Origin: Oscillospiraceae bacterium
GTDB lineage: Bacteria > Bacillota > Clostridia > Oscillospirales > Ruminococcaceae
Direction of reading: 5' to 3'
DNA: 24,000 nt
Assembly: GCA_045655125.1 (NCBI GenBank)
Contig: JAZOOR010000050.1
Location: 282-24,281 of the forward strand
In this document: piece by piece, positions 15,623 to 23,243 of the stretch
How positions within the stretch are numbered: position 1 is the stretch's first letter
Layout: each line of letters starts with the position of its first letter
The notes under the pieces: generated by a model
Seen by the model: the letters and a program-made list of their open reading frames with translations, nothing else
What the model was told of the DNA's origin: nothing
The model's database searches: none
Position numbers and translations under genes: made by a program

Positions 15623-15892
15623 TATTTCAAATGCGATGATGGAATTATTTCTTATTAGGTCTTTCATCAAAGAGAGCCGCCGATGGTGTGAATGCGGTAT
15701 GAAAGTGATAGGGAAGTCTCGTTCCGGAGCAGAGCGGCTGAAATTTTTAAGTAAGCGGCTTCGGCTTGCCCCGTTACCTTGGCAGAAGGCTTGATAGAGC
15801 CTTACAAAGTGGCTGTGTTTTCGCAGCAATCAGGGTGGTACCGCGAAATATTTCGTCCCTGAGACCGAAATTGTCGGTCTCAGGGTTTTTTT
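15623..15892 (+). promoter_or_regulatory. T-box riboswitch leader 3, specifier probably CUC (Leu) at 15718-15720 (alternative GUC, Val, 15716-15718)
   Basis: Elements seen are K-turn GCGATGA-GGAA (15633-15644) paired with TTCC-GGAGC (15722-15730), helix CTTTCAT/ATGAAAG, AG bulge AGAGAG (15671-15676), distal loop GGTGTGAA (15686-15693), T-box sequence AGGGTGGTACCGCG (15832-15845) and a terminator at 15857-15892. Confidence 0.85.
15857..15892 (+). terminator. Intrinsic terminator of T-box leader 3
   Basis: An 11-bp perfect stem pairs CCCTGAGACCG with CGGTCTCAGGG, with a 7-nt loop, followed by 7 T (15886-15892). Confidence 0.88.
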
Positions 15893-15928
15893 ATTGCCCG
15901 AGACGGCATAATGAAAGGAAAGAAAGCA

Positions 15929-17308
15929 ATGAAACAAATCAAAATCGCAGACACAACGCTTTGCAGAAAAGAGGGCGCATTTTCTTTTAAAGAGAAAATC
16001 GAAATTGCAAGACAGTTAGAGCGCCTTTGCGTTGACACTATTGAGCTTCCCGAAATTGAAAACGCAAAAACCGACATCTTGCTTGTAAAAACTATATCCT
16101 CTTTTGTTAAAAAGAGCATCATCTCGGTTGCCGCAGGCAGCAGCCTTAAGAGTATTGAAAATGCCGCTGTAGCTCTCTGTAATGCCGCAAAGGCAAGAAT
16201 TCGCATTGAGCTTCCCATTTCACCCGTCGGAATGGAATATACCTGCCGCAAAAAAGCTCCCAAAATGCTCGAATACATAAAAGAGTGCGTAAAATGTGCG
16301 CGTGAAAAGTGCGATGACGTTGAGTTTTGCGCAGTTGATGCCACCCGCGCTGATAAAGGATACTTAAAAGAGGCTATGGACGCTGCTATCAGCGCAGGAG
16401 CTACCTCTGTTACTATTTGCGACAGCGCCGACGAAATGATGCCCGATGATTTTGCGGCATACATTAAAGAAAATGCTAAGGATATTGCCGTTCCCGTCGC
16501 AGTTTCCTGTGAGAATAAAAACGGGCTTGCGGTTGCAACCGCAATTCTCTCTGTAAGAGCGGGAGCAGACTGTGTTAAAACTTCTGTAAACGGCGAAGGT
16601 GTGCCTCTTGACACCTTTGCAACTATGATTCGCAACTGCGGAAACAACTATGGCTTTGAAACTAAAATCCGCAGCACCGAGCTTCACAGAATTGTAAAGC
16701 AGATAAACTGGATAGTTGGTGCTAACGAAAATGATAAGTCTGTTGTTACCGTTTCTTCAAACGACGAAATGGGAATTCACCTTGATGTTAACGATAGTAA
16801 AGATGATGTCTGCGCTGCAACACAAAAGCTTGGCTATGACCTTTCACAAGAGGACAAGGCAAGAGTTTACGAGGAATTTCTGCGCGTTGCAGATAAAAAG
16901 ACTGTCGGAGCAAAGGAGCTTGATGCAATTGTTGCAAGCGTTGCTTTGCAGGTGCCCGCAACCTATCAGCTTGTAAGCTATGTTATAAATAACGGAAACA
17001 TTATTTCCGCCACCGCACAGATAACCGTAAATAAAAACGGAGAGCATATGCAGGGCTTCTCACTCGGTGACGGACCTATCGATGCCGCATTTTTAGCCAT
17101 CGACCAGATAATCGGTCACCACTATGAGCTTGATGATTTCCAGATTCAGTCGGTAACCGAGGGCAAGGAGGCTATGGGCTCGGCTTTAGTTAAGCTTCGC
17201 GCAGGCGGAAAGCTCTATAGCGGAAACGGAATTTCAACCGATATTATAGGCGCATCTATTCGCGCATATCTTAATGCCGTTAACAAAATTGTTTATGAGG
17301 AGGCATAA
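15929..17308 (+). CDS. 2-isopropylmalate synthase-like protein (HMGL-like TIM barrel + LeuA-type C-terminal domain) with substituted catalytic motifs
   Basis: The layout is LeuA-like: IKIADTTL... at the N-terminus, and GDGPIDAAFLAI and GNGISTDIIGASIRAYLNAVNKI at the C-terminus. Canonical DTTLRDGEQ is DTTLCRKEG, HxHNDxG is SCENKNG and GERAGN is GEGVPL. I prefer the ATG at 15929 (MKQIKIADTTL, preceded by AAAGGAAAG) over 15911. Confidence 0.7.
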   Translation: MKQIKIADTTLCRKEGAFSFKEKIEIARQLERLCVDTIELPEIENAKTDILLVKTISSFVKKSIISVAAGSSLKSIENAAVALCNAAKARIRIELPISPVGMEYTCRKKAPKMLEYIKECVKCAREKCDDVEFCAVDATRADKGYLKEAMDAAISAGATSVTICDSADEMMPDDFAAYIKENAKDIAVPVAVSCENKNGLAVATAILSVRAGADCVKTSVNGEGVPLDTFATMIRNCGNNYGFETKIRSTELHRIVKQINWIVGANENDKSVVTVSSNDEMGIHLDVNDSKDDVCAATQKLGYDLSQEDKARVYEEFLRVADKKTVGAKELDAIVASVALQVPATYQLVSYVINNGNIISATAQITVNKNGEHMQGFSLGDGPIDAAFLAIDQIIGHHYELDDFQIQSVTEGKEAMGSALVKLRAGGKLYSGNGISTDIIGASIRAYLNAVNKIVYEEA

Positions 17309-17310
17309 AA

Positions 17311-19830
17311 ATGAAACTTTCCTTTTCAACAAAGGGATGGCATAACAACACCTTTTCCGAGTTTTGCGATATAGCAGTTGACTTGGGGTTTAAAGGAATA
17401 GAGCTTCATAATATTGGCGGCCGCCTGTTTACAGAGCGCGACGGCGCGTTTTATGACTATGCCGCCGCCGCAACAATGCGCCGCCTTTATGAAAAAGGTC
17501 TCACCATTCCCTGTATTGATACAATCTGCGATATTGCAGACGAGAGCCAAAGAGACACAGCAAAAGAGGAAATCGAAAAGTGCCTTTCTATTGCAGAAAA
17601 TCTGCATATTCAGAATATTCGTCTGCGCGCATTTGCAAAAGAGGATAGCGAGGGCGCGCTGAAAACAGTTTCAGCACTGCTTTCAGAAATGATGCCCAAA
17701 GCGGAGGAAAAGGGTGTTGCCTTAGCGCTCGAGACCTCCGGACTTTTTGCAAGCACCGAGATTCTCCGCGATATGCTCGACTCTTTTGCCTGCGATAATT
17801 TAGGCGCACTGTGGAACTTTTCTGCCGCCTATTTTGAGAGCGGCGAGGAGCCTGAGACTGTTATTAAAAACCTCGGCGCATATGTCCGCCACGTGCATTT
17901 TAATGATGCGCAGAAAACCAAAAACGGTATGGAATACTGCCTTGCGGGTGAGGGTGAGCTTCCCATAAAAGAGCTTATGCTCGCTCTGCGCTCTGTAAAT
18001 TATGACGGATTTATCTCTCTCGTCTGGGACCCTACATGGTGCTTAGAAATTGACGATATGGAGATTATCTTTTCACAGTTTACAAACTTTATGAAGCAGT
18101 TTAAGGCAGTTTCCCGAAACGAGAAACAACTATACTACAACCGCGCACATACAGGCAAATTTGTATGGGAAAAGGACAAGATAATTGACCTTACATTCTC
18201 GCAGGTTTTAGACAGAATGGTAGAGGAATTTCCCGACCAGTATGCCTTTAAATACACAACCCTTGACTATACGCGCACATACAGCGAGTTTCGCGATGAC
18301 GTTGACACCTTTGCCCGCGCCCTTATTTCAATGGGAGTAAAGGCAGGCAGCAAGGTTGCTGTATGGGCATCAAATGTGCCGCAGTGGTATATTGCGTTCT
18401 GGGCAACAGTAAAAATCGGCGCGGTCTTGGTTACTGTTAACACCGCCTATAAAATTCACGAGGCAGAGTATTTGCTACGTCAGTCCGACACACATACCCT
18501 TGTTTTAACCGAGGGTGCAAAGGACACTCACTATGGTAAAATAATTTCCGAGCTTTGCCCTGAGCTTGAATGTAAAGAGGCTTCAAAACCTCTTCACAGT
18601 AAGCGTCTTCCGTTCCTTAGGAATGTTATCACAGTAGGATTTAAGCAGAAAGGCTGTATGACTTGGAACGAGGCTATCGAGCGCGCCGCTCAGGTTTCGC
18701 CTGAAGAGGTCAGAAGAATGGCAGCCGCCGTTGATAAGGATGATGTCTGCAATATGCAGTACACCTCAGGCACAACAGGCTTCCCCAAGGGAGTTATGCT
18801 CACCCACTATAACGTTGTTAATAACGGAAAATATATCGGCGACCATATGGATTTGTCAACTGCAGACCGTATGATGATTCAGGTTCCTATGTTCCACTGC
18901 TTTGGAATGGTGCTTTCTATGACCGCTTCAATGACGCACGGAACTACAATGTATCCTCTGCCTTATTTTTCTCCCAAACCCGCGCTCGCTTGCGTTCACA
19001 ATGAGCATATTACCACCTTTAACGGTGTTCCTACTATGTTTATCGCTATGATGGAGCATCCCGACTTTGCCAAGACGGATTTTTCATATATCAGAACGGG
19101 AATTATGGCGGGCGCAAACTGCCCTGCCGACCTTATGAAAAAGGCAACGGAAGTTATGAATATGAAAGAGATAGTTTCTGTTTACGGACAGACCGAGGCA
19201 AGCCCCGGCTGCACTATGAGCAGTTACTATGACACACTCGAGGTTCGCACAGAGACTGTCGGCAGTGCCTTTGCAAATGTCGAGTGCAAAATCATCGACC
19301 CCGAAACGGGCGAGGACTGCCCCGACGGAGTTGACGGTGAGTTTGTTGCACGCGGCTACAATATTATGAAAGGCTATTACAAAATGCCTGCTGCAACCGC
19401 CGCCGCTATTGATAAGGATGGCTGGCTTCATACAGGTGACCTTGCCTGCCGCGCTCCTGACGGTACTTATCGCATTACAGGCAGACTTAAGGATATGATT
19501 ATCCGCGGCGGTGAGAACATTTATCCTAAGGAAATTGAGGAGTTTATTTACACCAATCCCAAGGTCAGCGATGTTCAGGTTATTGGAGTTCCCGACAAGC
19601 AGTATGGTGAAGAAATTATGGCATGTATCATACTTAAAGAGGGAGAGAGCATGACTGCTGACGAGATGAAAGCCTATATCGGAGCAAGTATGGCTCGTCA
19701 TAAGGTTCCGAGGTATATTGACTTTGTAGATAGCTTCCCGATGAATGCCGCGGGGAAAATCCTTAAATACAAAATGCGCGAGGATGCGGCTAAAAAACTC
19801 GGTCTTGATAAGGCGGGGAACAAAAAATGA
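17311..19830 (+). CDS. Fusion protein: N-terminal xylose-isomerase-like (AP endonuclease 2 family) TIM barrel + C-terminal AMP-forming acyl-CoA ligase (FadD/YngI-like)
   Basis: Residues 1 to about 265 have the pattern FKGIELHN...LALETSG...VRHVHFNDA...DGFISLVWDP, typical of sugar-phosphate isomerase/epimerase-like barrels. The rest carries MQYTSGTTGFPKGVMLTH, VYGQTE, GWLHTGDL, GRLKDMIIRGGENIYPKEIE and MNAAGKILK. GAGGAGG lies upstream, and there is a 2-nt gap from the previous gene. Confidence 0.8.
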   Translation: MKLSFSTKGWHNNTFSEFCDIAVDLGFKGIELHNIGGRLFTERDGAFYDYAAAATMRRLYEKGLTIPCIDTICDIADESQRDTAKEEIEKCLSIAENLHIQNIRLRAFAKEDSEGALKTVSALLSEMMPKAEEKGVALALETSGLFASTEILRDMLDSFACDNLGALWNFSAAYFESGEEPETVIKNLGAYVRHVHFNDAQKTKNGMEYCLAGEGELPIKELMLALRSVNYDGFISLVWDPTWCLEIDDMEIIFSQFTNFMKQFKAVSRNEKQLYYNRAHTGKFVWEKDKIIDLTFSQVLDRMVEEFPDQYAFKYTTLDYTRTYSEFRDDVDTFARALISMGVKAGSKVAVWASNVPQWYIAFWATVKIGAVLVTVNTAYKIHEAEYLLRQSDTHTLVLTEGAKDTHYGKIISELCPELECKEASKPLHSKRLPFLRNVITVGFKQKGCMTWNEAIERAAQVSPEEVRRMAAAVDKDDVCNMQYTSGTTGFPKGVMLTHYNVVNNGKYIGDHMDLSTADRMMIQVPMFHCFGMVLSMTASMTHGTTMYPLPYFSPKPALACVHNEHITTFNGVPTMFIAMMEHPDFAKTDFSYIRTGIMAGANCPADLMKKATEVMNMKEIVSVYGQTEASPGCTMSSYYDTLEVRTETVGSAFANVECKIIDPETGEDCPDGVDGEFVARGYNIMKGYYKMPAATAAAIDKDGWLHTGDLACRAPDGTYRITGRLKDMIIRGGENIYPKEIEEFIYTNPKVSDVQVIGVPDKQYGEEIMACIILKEGESMTADEMKAYIGASMARHKVPRYIDFVDSFPMNAAGKILKYKMREDAAKKLGLDKAGNKK

Positions 19831-20642
19831 TAGCAAACTACAAGGTTATTGACGCGCATTGTCACGTCTACCCCGAAAAAATTGCCGCAGCAGCAGTAAA
19901 TGCAACAGATAAATTTTATGATACTGTTTCAGCATTTGACGGCAGCACTGACGCTCTGCTTTCACAGTGTCAGCGCGAGGGAGTTGACCACGCGATTATT
20001 CAGTCTGTCGCAACAACCCCGAAGCAAGTTTCAAGCATAAACCAATTTATTGCAAAAACCGTAGAGGATAGCGGCGGAAAATTTACAGGTCTCGGAACAC
20101 TTCATCCCGACAGCTCAGATATCGCTGCTGACGTGCGTGAAATAATTGAGTTAGGACTCCACGGAGTCAAGCTTCACCCAGATATTCAAAGGTTTAAGAT
20201 AGACGATTACCGCTGCCTTAAAATCTATGAGCTGTGCGAAAGAGAGGGCCTTCCCATTTTAATGCACACGGGTGATAACAGATATGATTTTTCAAATCCC
20301 AACCGTCTGCTGCCTATTTTAGACATCTACACCGAGCTTGTTGTAGTTGGCGCGCATCTGGGCGGCTGGTCTATATGGGAAGAGGCGGGAGAGGTTTACC
20401 CGAGCCATAAAAACTTTTATGTTGACACCTCATCAACGCTGCACTTTTGTGGCATAGAAATTATGAAAAGAACTATAGAAAAATACGGGGCGGATAAGGT
20501 AATGTTTGCAACCGACTATCCTATGGGAGAGCAAAAGCGGGAGATTGATGCCCTGCTTTCTATGAATTTTTCAGACGAGGATTACAAAAAAATCTTCTCT
20601 GAAAACGCAAAAAAGGTCTTTAAAATTAAAGCAAATATTTAA
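19827..20642 (+). CDS. Amidohydrolase-2 family (TIM-barrel metal-dependent hydrolase/decarboxylase-like) protein
   Basis: VIDAHCHVYP (HxH), GVKLHPD, LMHTGD and FATDYPM (Asp on the last strand) match the metal-ligand pattern of this family. The ATGA start overlaps the upstream stop by 4 nt. Confidence 0.7.
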   Translation: MIANYKVIDAHCHVYPEKIAAAAVNATDKFYDTVSAFDGSTDALLSQCQREGVDHAIIQSVATTPKQVSSINQFIAKTVEDSGGKFTGLGTLHPDSSDIAADVREIIELGLHGVKLHPDIQRFKIDDYRCLKIYELCEREGLPILMHTGDNRYDFSNPNRLLPILDIYTELVVVGAHLGGWSIWEEAGEVYPSHKNFYVDTSSTLHFCGIEIMKRTIEKYGADKVMFATDYPMGEQKREIDALLSMNFSDEDYKKIFSENAKKVFKIKANI

Positions 20643-20646
20643 AATT

Positions 20647-20680
20647 ACCTTTGCGGCGGCACAAAAGCCGCCGCAAAGGT
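20647..20680. terminator. Long perfect hairpin after the amidohydrolase gene (probable terminator, no clean T tract)
   Basis: A 14-bp perfect stem pairs ACCTTTGCGGCGGC with GCCGCCGCAAAGGT around the loop ACAAAA. The downstream sequence is ATAAAAAC, so the U-tract is missing. Confidence 0.6.
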
Positions 20681-20700
20681 ATAAAAACTTGCATTTTCTA

Positions 20701-20729
20701 TTGACTTTTGAAAAAAAAGGGAGTAAAAT
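20701..20729 (+). promoter_or_regulatory. Sigma-A type promoter P4: -35 TTGACT 20701-20706, 17-nt spacer, -10 TAAAAT 20724-20729
   Basis: Both hexamers are near-consensus with 17-nt spacing, in an A/T-rich context about 40 nt upstream of the leader ORF. Confidence 0.65.
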
Positions 20730-20767
20730 TTTTTTATTAAGTTTATTAAAAGAAAGGAGTGGCAGAA

Positions 20768-20836
20768 ATGTTCTTTTTTGGATATCGATATTATTTTACT
20801 AAGGGCTGCCCGCTTTCTTTTAAGTGTGAAAAGTAA
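20768..20836 (+). CDS. Candidate regulatory leader peptide, 22 aa: MFFFGYRYYFTKGCPLSFKCEK
   Basis: GGAG (20757-20760) lies 7 nt upstream of the ATG. Seven of codons 2-10 are Phe (TTC TTT TTT ... TTT) or Tyr (TAT x3). An intrinsic terminator follows, then aromatic amino acid genes. The ORF is too short for the track. Confidence 0.6.
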   Translation: MFFFGYRYYFTKGCPLSFKCEK

Positions 20837-20863
20837 TTTTTCCGCTAAAATTAAGAGGACAGT

Positions 20864-20913
20864 CCGCAGCCGTTTATGCCGCTTTGCGCGCCATAGGTGG
20901 ATGCGGTTTTTTT
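20864..20913 (+). terminator. Intrinsic terminator (attenuator) between the leader ORF and the aminotransferase gene
   Basis: An extended imperfect hairpin spans 20864-20906. The outer arms are CCGCAGCCGTT / GGTGGATGCGG, and the inner stem is TATGCCGC / GCGCCATA with one C-C mismatch. It is followed by 7 T (20907-20913), 27 nt before the ATG at 20941. Confidence 0.75.
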
Positions 20914-20940
20914 ATTGATTTTTTAAAGGAGACAGTAAAA

Positions 20941-22125
20941 ATGATAAACTCTAATATGCTCGCACTCGGCAAAAAAAGCTCGGTCATCAGAGAAATTTTT
21001 GAGTATTCCAAAAAGAGAAAGCTTGAAATCGGCGATGAAAATGTTTTTGATTTCAGCCTTGGAAACCCAAGTATTCCTGCTCCCGAGATTGTAACAGAAA
21101 CAATGAAGCGCCAAATGGCTGAAAAAGACCCCGTTGCTCTGCACGGCTACACCTCCGCACCAGGTGACTTAAAGGTCAGAAAAACTATTGCTAATAATAT
21201 AAACGAGCGTTTTGGCTTTGAGGCTCAGACTAATCTTATTTATATGACCTGTGGAGCTGCCGCTTCTCTCACCATAACCCTTAAAGCTATCATTGAGGAA
21301 GGTGACGAGGTTATCCTTTTGGCTCCCTTTTTCCCCGAGTATCAGGTTTTTGCCGCAAACGCGGGAGCAAAAACAAGGGTAGTTAAAGGCGTGGGCGAGC
21401 AGTTTGAGATAGACGAAAAGGCACTCTCAGAGGCAGTAAACAAACACACACGCGCCATAATCGTAAACTCCCCTAATAATCCCACAGGCGCGGTACTTAG
21501 CGAAGATAGCATTAAAACCTTAGCTCGTATACTCAGTGAAAAGCAAGAGGAGTATGGCAGAGCCATTACCATTATTGCAGACGAGCCTTACCGCGAGCTT
21601 GTATATAACGGTGCAGTTGTACCTTATATCCCCAATTACTACGATAACACAGTAGTATGCTATTCCTATAGTAAATCTCTTTCGCTCCCCGGTGAGAGAA
21701 TTGGCTACATATCTGTTTCTCCTAAGATTGAGAATGCGGGGGATGTCTTTGCAGCAGTTTGCGGAGCGGGCAGAAGTATGGGATACGTATGCGCCCCGAG
21801 TCTCCTGCAGTACACCGCCGCCGCTTGCGACGGTGCCGCCCCCGACATTTCGGCATATGACAAAAACAGAACTCTTTTATACAACTCTCTTTGTGAAATG
21901 GGATATAGCGCTACTCGTCCCGACGGTGCATTTTATCTCTTTGTAAAGTCACTTGAGCCTGATGCAAATGCATTTTGCGAGAGAGCCAAGAAATATGAGC
22001 TACTGCTTGTCCCGAGCGACGATTTCGGTGTAGAGGGATATGTAAGAATAGCCTACTGCGTAGGCTATGAGCAGATTGAGCGCTCACTTCCCGCCTTTAA
22101 AAAGCTTTATGAGGAATATAAATAA
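20941..22125 (+). CDS. Class I/II PLP-dependent aminotransferase (aspartate/aromatic aminotransferase family)
   Basis: Motifs seen are FSLGNP, NSPNNPTG and SYSKSLSLPGERIGY (PLP lysine). I prefer the ATG at 20941, with AGGAG at 20928-20932. The track start at 20884 (TTG) lies inside the terminator hairpin. Confidence 0.85.
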   Translation: MINSNMLALGKKSSVIREIFEYSKKRKLEIGDENVFDFSLGNPSIPAPEIVTETMKRQMAEKDPVALHGYTSAPGDLKVRKTIANNINERFGFEAQTNLIYMTCGAAASLTITLKAIIEEGDEVILLAPFFPEYQVFAANAGAKTRVVKGVGEQFEIDEKALSEAVNKHTRAIIVNSPNNPTGAVLSEDSIKTLARILSEKQEEYGRAITIIADEPYRELVYNGAVVPYIPNYYDNTVVCYSYSKSLSLPGERIGYISVSPKIENAGDVFAAVCGAGRSMGYVCAPSLLQYTAAACDGAAPDISAYDKNRTLLYNSLCEMGYSATRPDGAFYLFVKSLEPDANAFCERAKKYELLLVPSDDFGVEGYVRIAYCVGYEQIERSLPAFKKLYEEYK

Positions 22126-22136
22126 GGAGTAAAATA

Positions 22137-23225
22137 ATGGCTGACTTAAAAGAGGCAAGGCAGATTATAAATGAAACTGACAAGGCTATGGCAGAGCTTT
22201 TTAAAAAGAGAATGGATGCCGCACGTTTTGTCGCCGAATATAAGAGGCTGCACGGTCTGCCTGTTGAGGATTTAGCGCGCGAGGAGGAAATTGTTGCTCG
22301 CAATTCGCAGTACATAGAGGACGAGGATTACCGCTCATATTATGTAAATTTTCTTCGCAACAATATCGAGCTTTCAAAACAGTTTCAGCACCGCCTTTTA
22401 GACGGAATGAGGGTTGCCTACAGCGGAGTGGAGGGTGCTTTTGCAAATATCGTTGCTGAGCGCATTTTCCCCGATGCCAAGGCAGTTGCCCATAGTGATT
22501 TTAAGGTAGCGTATGATGCTGTTGTTTCGGGCGAGTGTGACTGCGCGCTTTTGCCTATTGAAAACAGCTTTAACGGCGATGTCAGCAAGGTTTTAGACTT
22601 AGCATTCTTCGGCCCTTTGTATGTAAACGGAATTTATGAGGCTGAAATAGTTCAGAACCTTCTGGCAGTTAAGGGCACTACTCTTGACGAGATAAAAACC
22701 GTCATCAGTCACCCTCAGGCGCTCGGACAGTGCGCCTCATATATAGAAAAGCACGGCTTTGAAACGCAGGAGGCTGTAAACACTGCGGTTGCCGCAAAGC
22801 AGGTTGCCGAAATGGCAAGACACGACATAGCCGCCATAGGCTCAAGCGAGGCGGCAGAAAAATTCGGTCTTAAAGAGCTTGCCTCTCACATAAATGAAAG
22901 CAGCACCAACACTACACGCTTTGCCGTTTTTTCAAGGGCGCAGAAAAAGGAAAGCCCTAATGATGCGCGTTTTATAATGCTTTTTACCGTTAAAAATGCC
23001 GCAGGCTCACTGGGCCGCGCCATTTCGGTTATCGGAGAGCATGGCTTTAACCTTTTGGCACTAAAAAGCCGTCCCACAAAAGAGCTTGTATGGGATTACT
23101 ATTTCTATGTCGAGGGCGAGGGCAATATAAACAGCCCCGAGGGCAGAGAAATGCTAAAGGACCTTAAAGGCTGCTGCAGTAACCTGAAAGTTGTTGGCAG
23201 CTTTGAGAAAGAGGTCCGAATTTAA
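22137..23225 (+). CDS. pheA: Bifunctional chorismate mutase / prephenate dehydratase (P-protein) with C-terminal ACT domain
   Basis: The N-terminal CM_2-like helices are LKEARQIINETDKAMAELFKKRMDAARFVAEYK. The PDT core is RVAYSGVEGAFANI...LLPIENSFNGDV...HPQALGQC...NTTRFAVFS. The ACT region is FTVKNAAGSLGRAISVIGEHGFNLLALKSRP. Confidence 0.9.
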   Translation: MADLKEARQIINETDKAMAELFKKRMDAARFVAEYKRLHGLPVEDLAREEEIVARNSQYIEDEDYRSYYVNFLRNNIELSKQFQHRLLDGMRVAYSGVEGAFANIVAERIFPDAKAVAHSDFKVAYDAVVSGECDCALLPIENSFNGDVSKVLDLAFFGPLYVNGIYEAEIVQNLLAVKGTTLDEIKTVISHPQALGQCASYIEKHGFETQEAVNTAVAAKQVAEMARHDIAAIGSSEAAEKFGLKELASHINESSTNTTRFAVFSRAQKKESPNDARFIMLFTVKNAAGSLGRAISVIGEHGFNLLALKSRPTKELVWDYYFYVEGEGNINSPEGREMLKDLKGCCSNLKVVGSFEKEVRI

Positions 23226-23243
23226 GGAAGAAGGATTTTTTGT

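Noticed and set aside
15317-15829. A 170-aa minus-strand ORF.
   Set aside because: It runs antisense through promoter P3, T-box leader 3 and the RBS-supported 54-aa + strand ORF. It has no RBS and a low-complexity translation.
20884-20940. The track's upstream start (TTG, MRAIGGCGFFIDFLKETVK...) for the aminotransferase.
   Set aside because: The extension lies inside the terminator hairpin and T-tract. The ATG at 20941 has AGGAG at proper spacing, and family members start near MINSN...-type N-termini.
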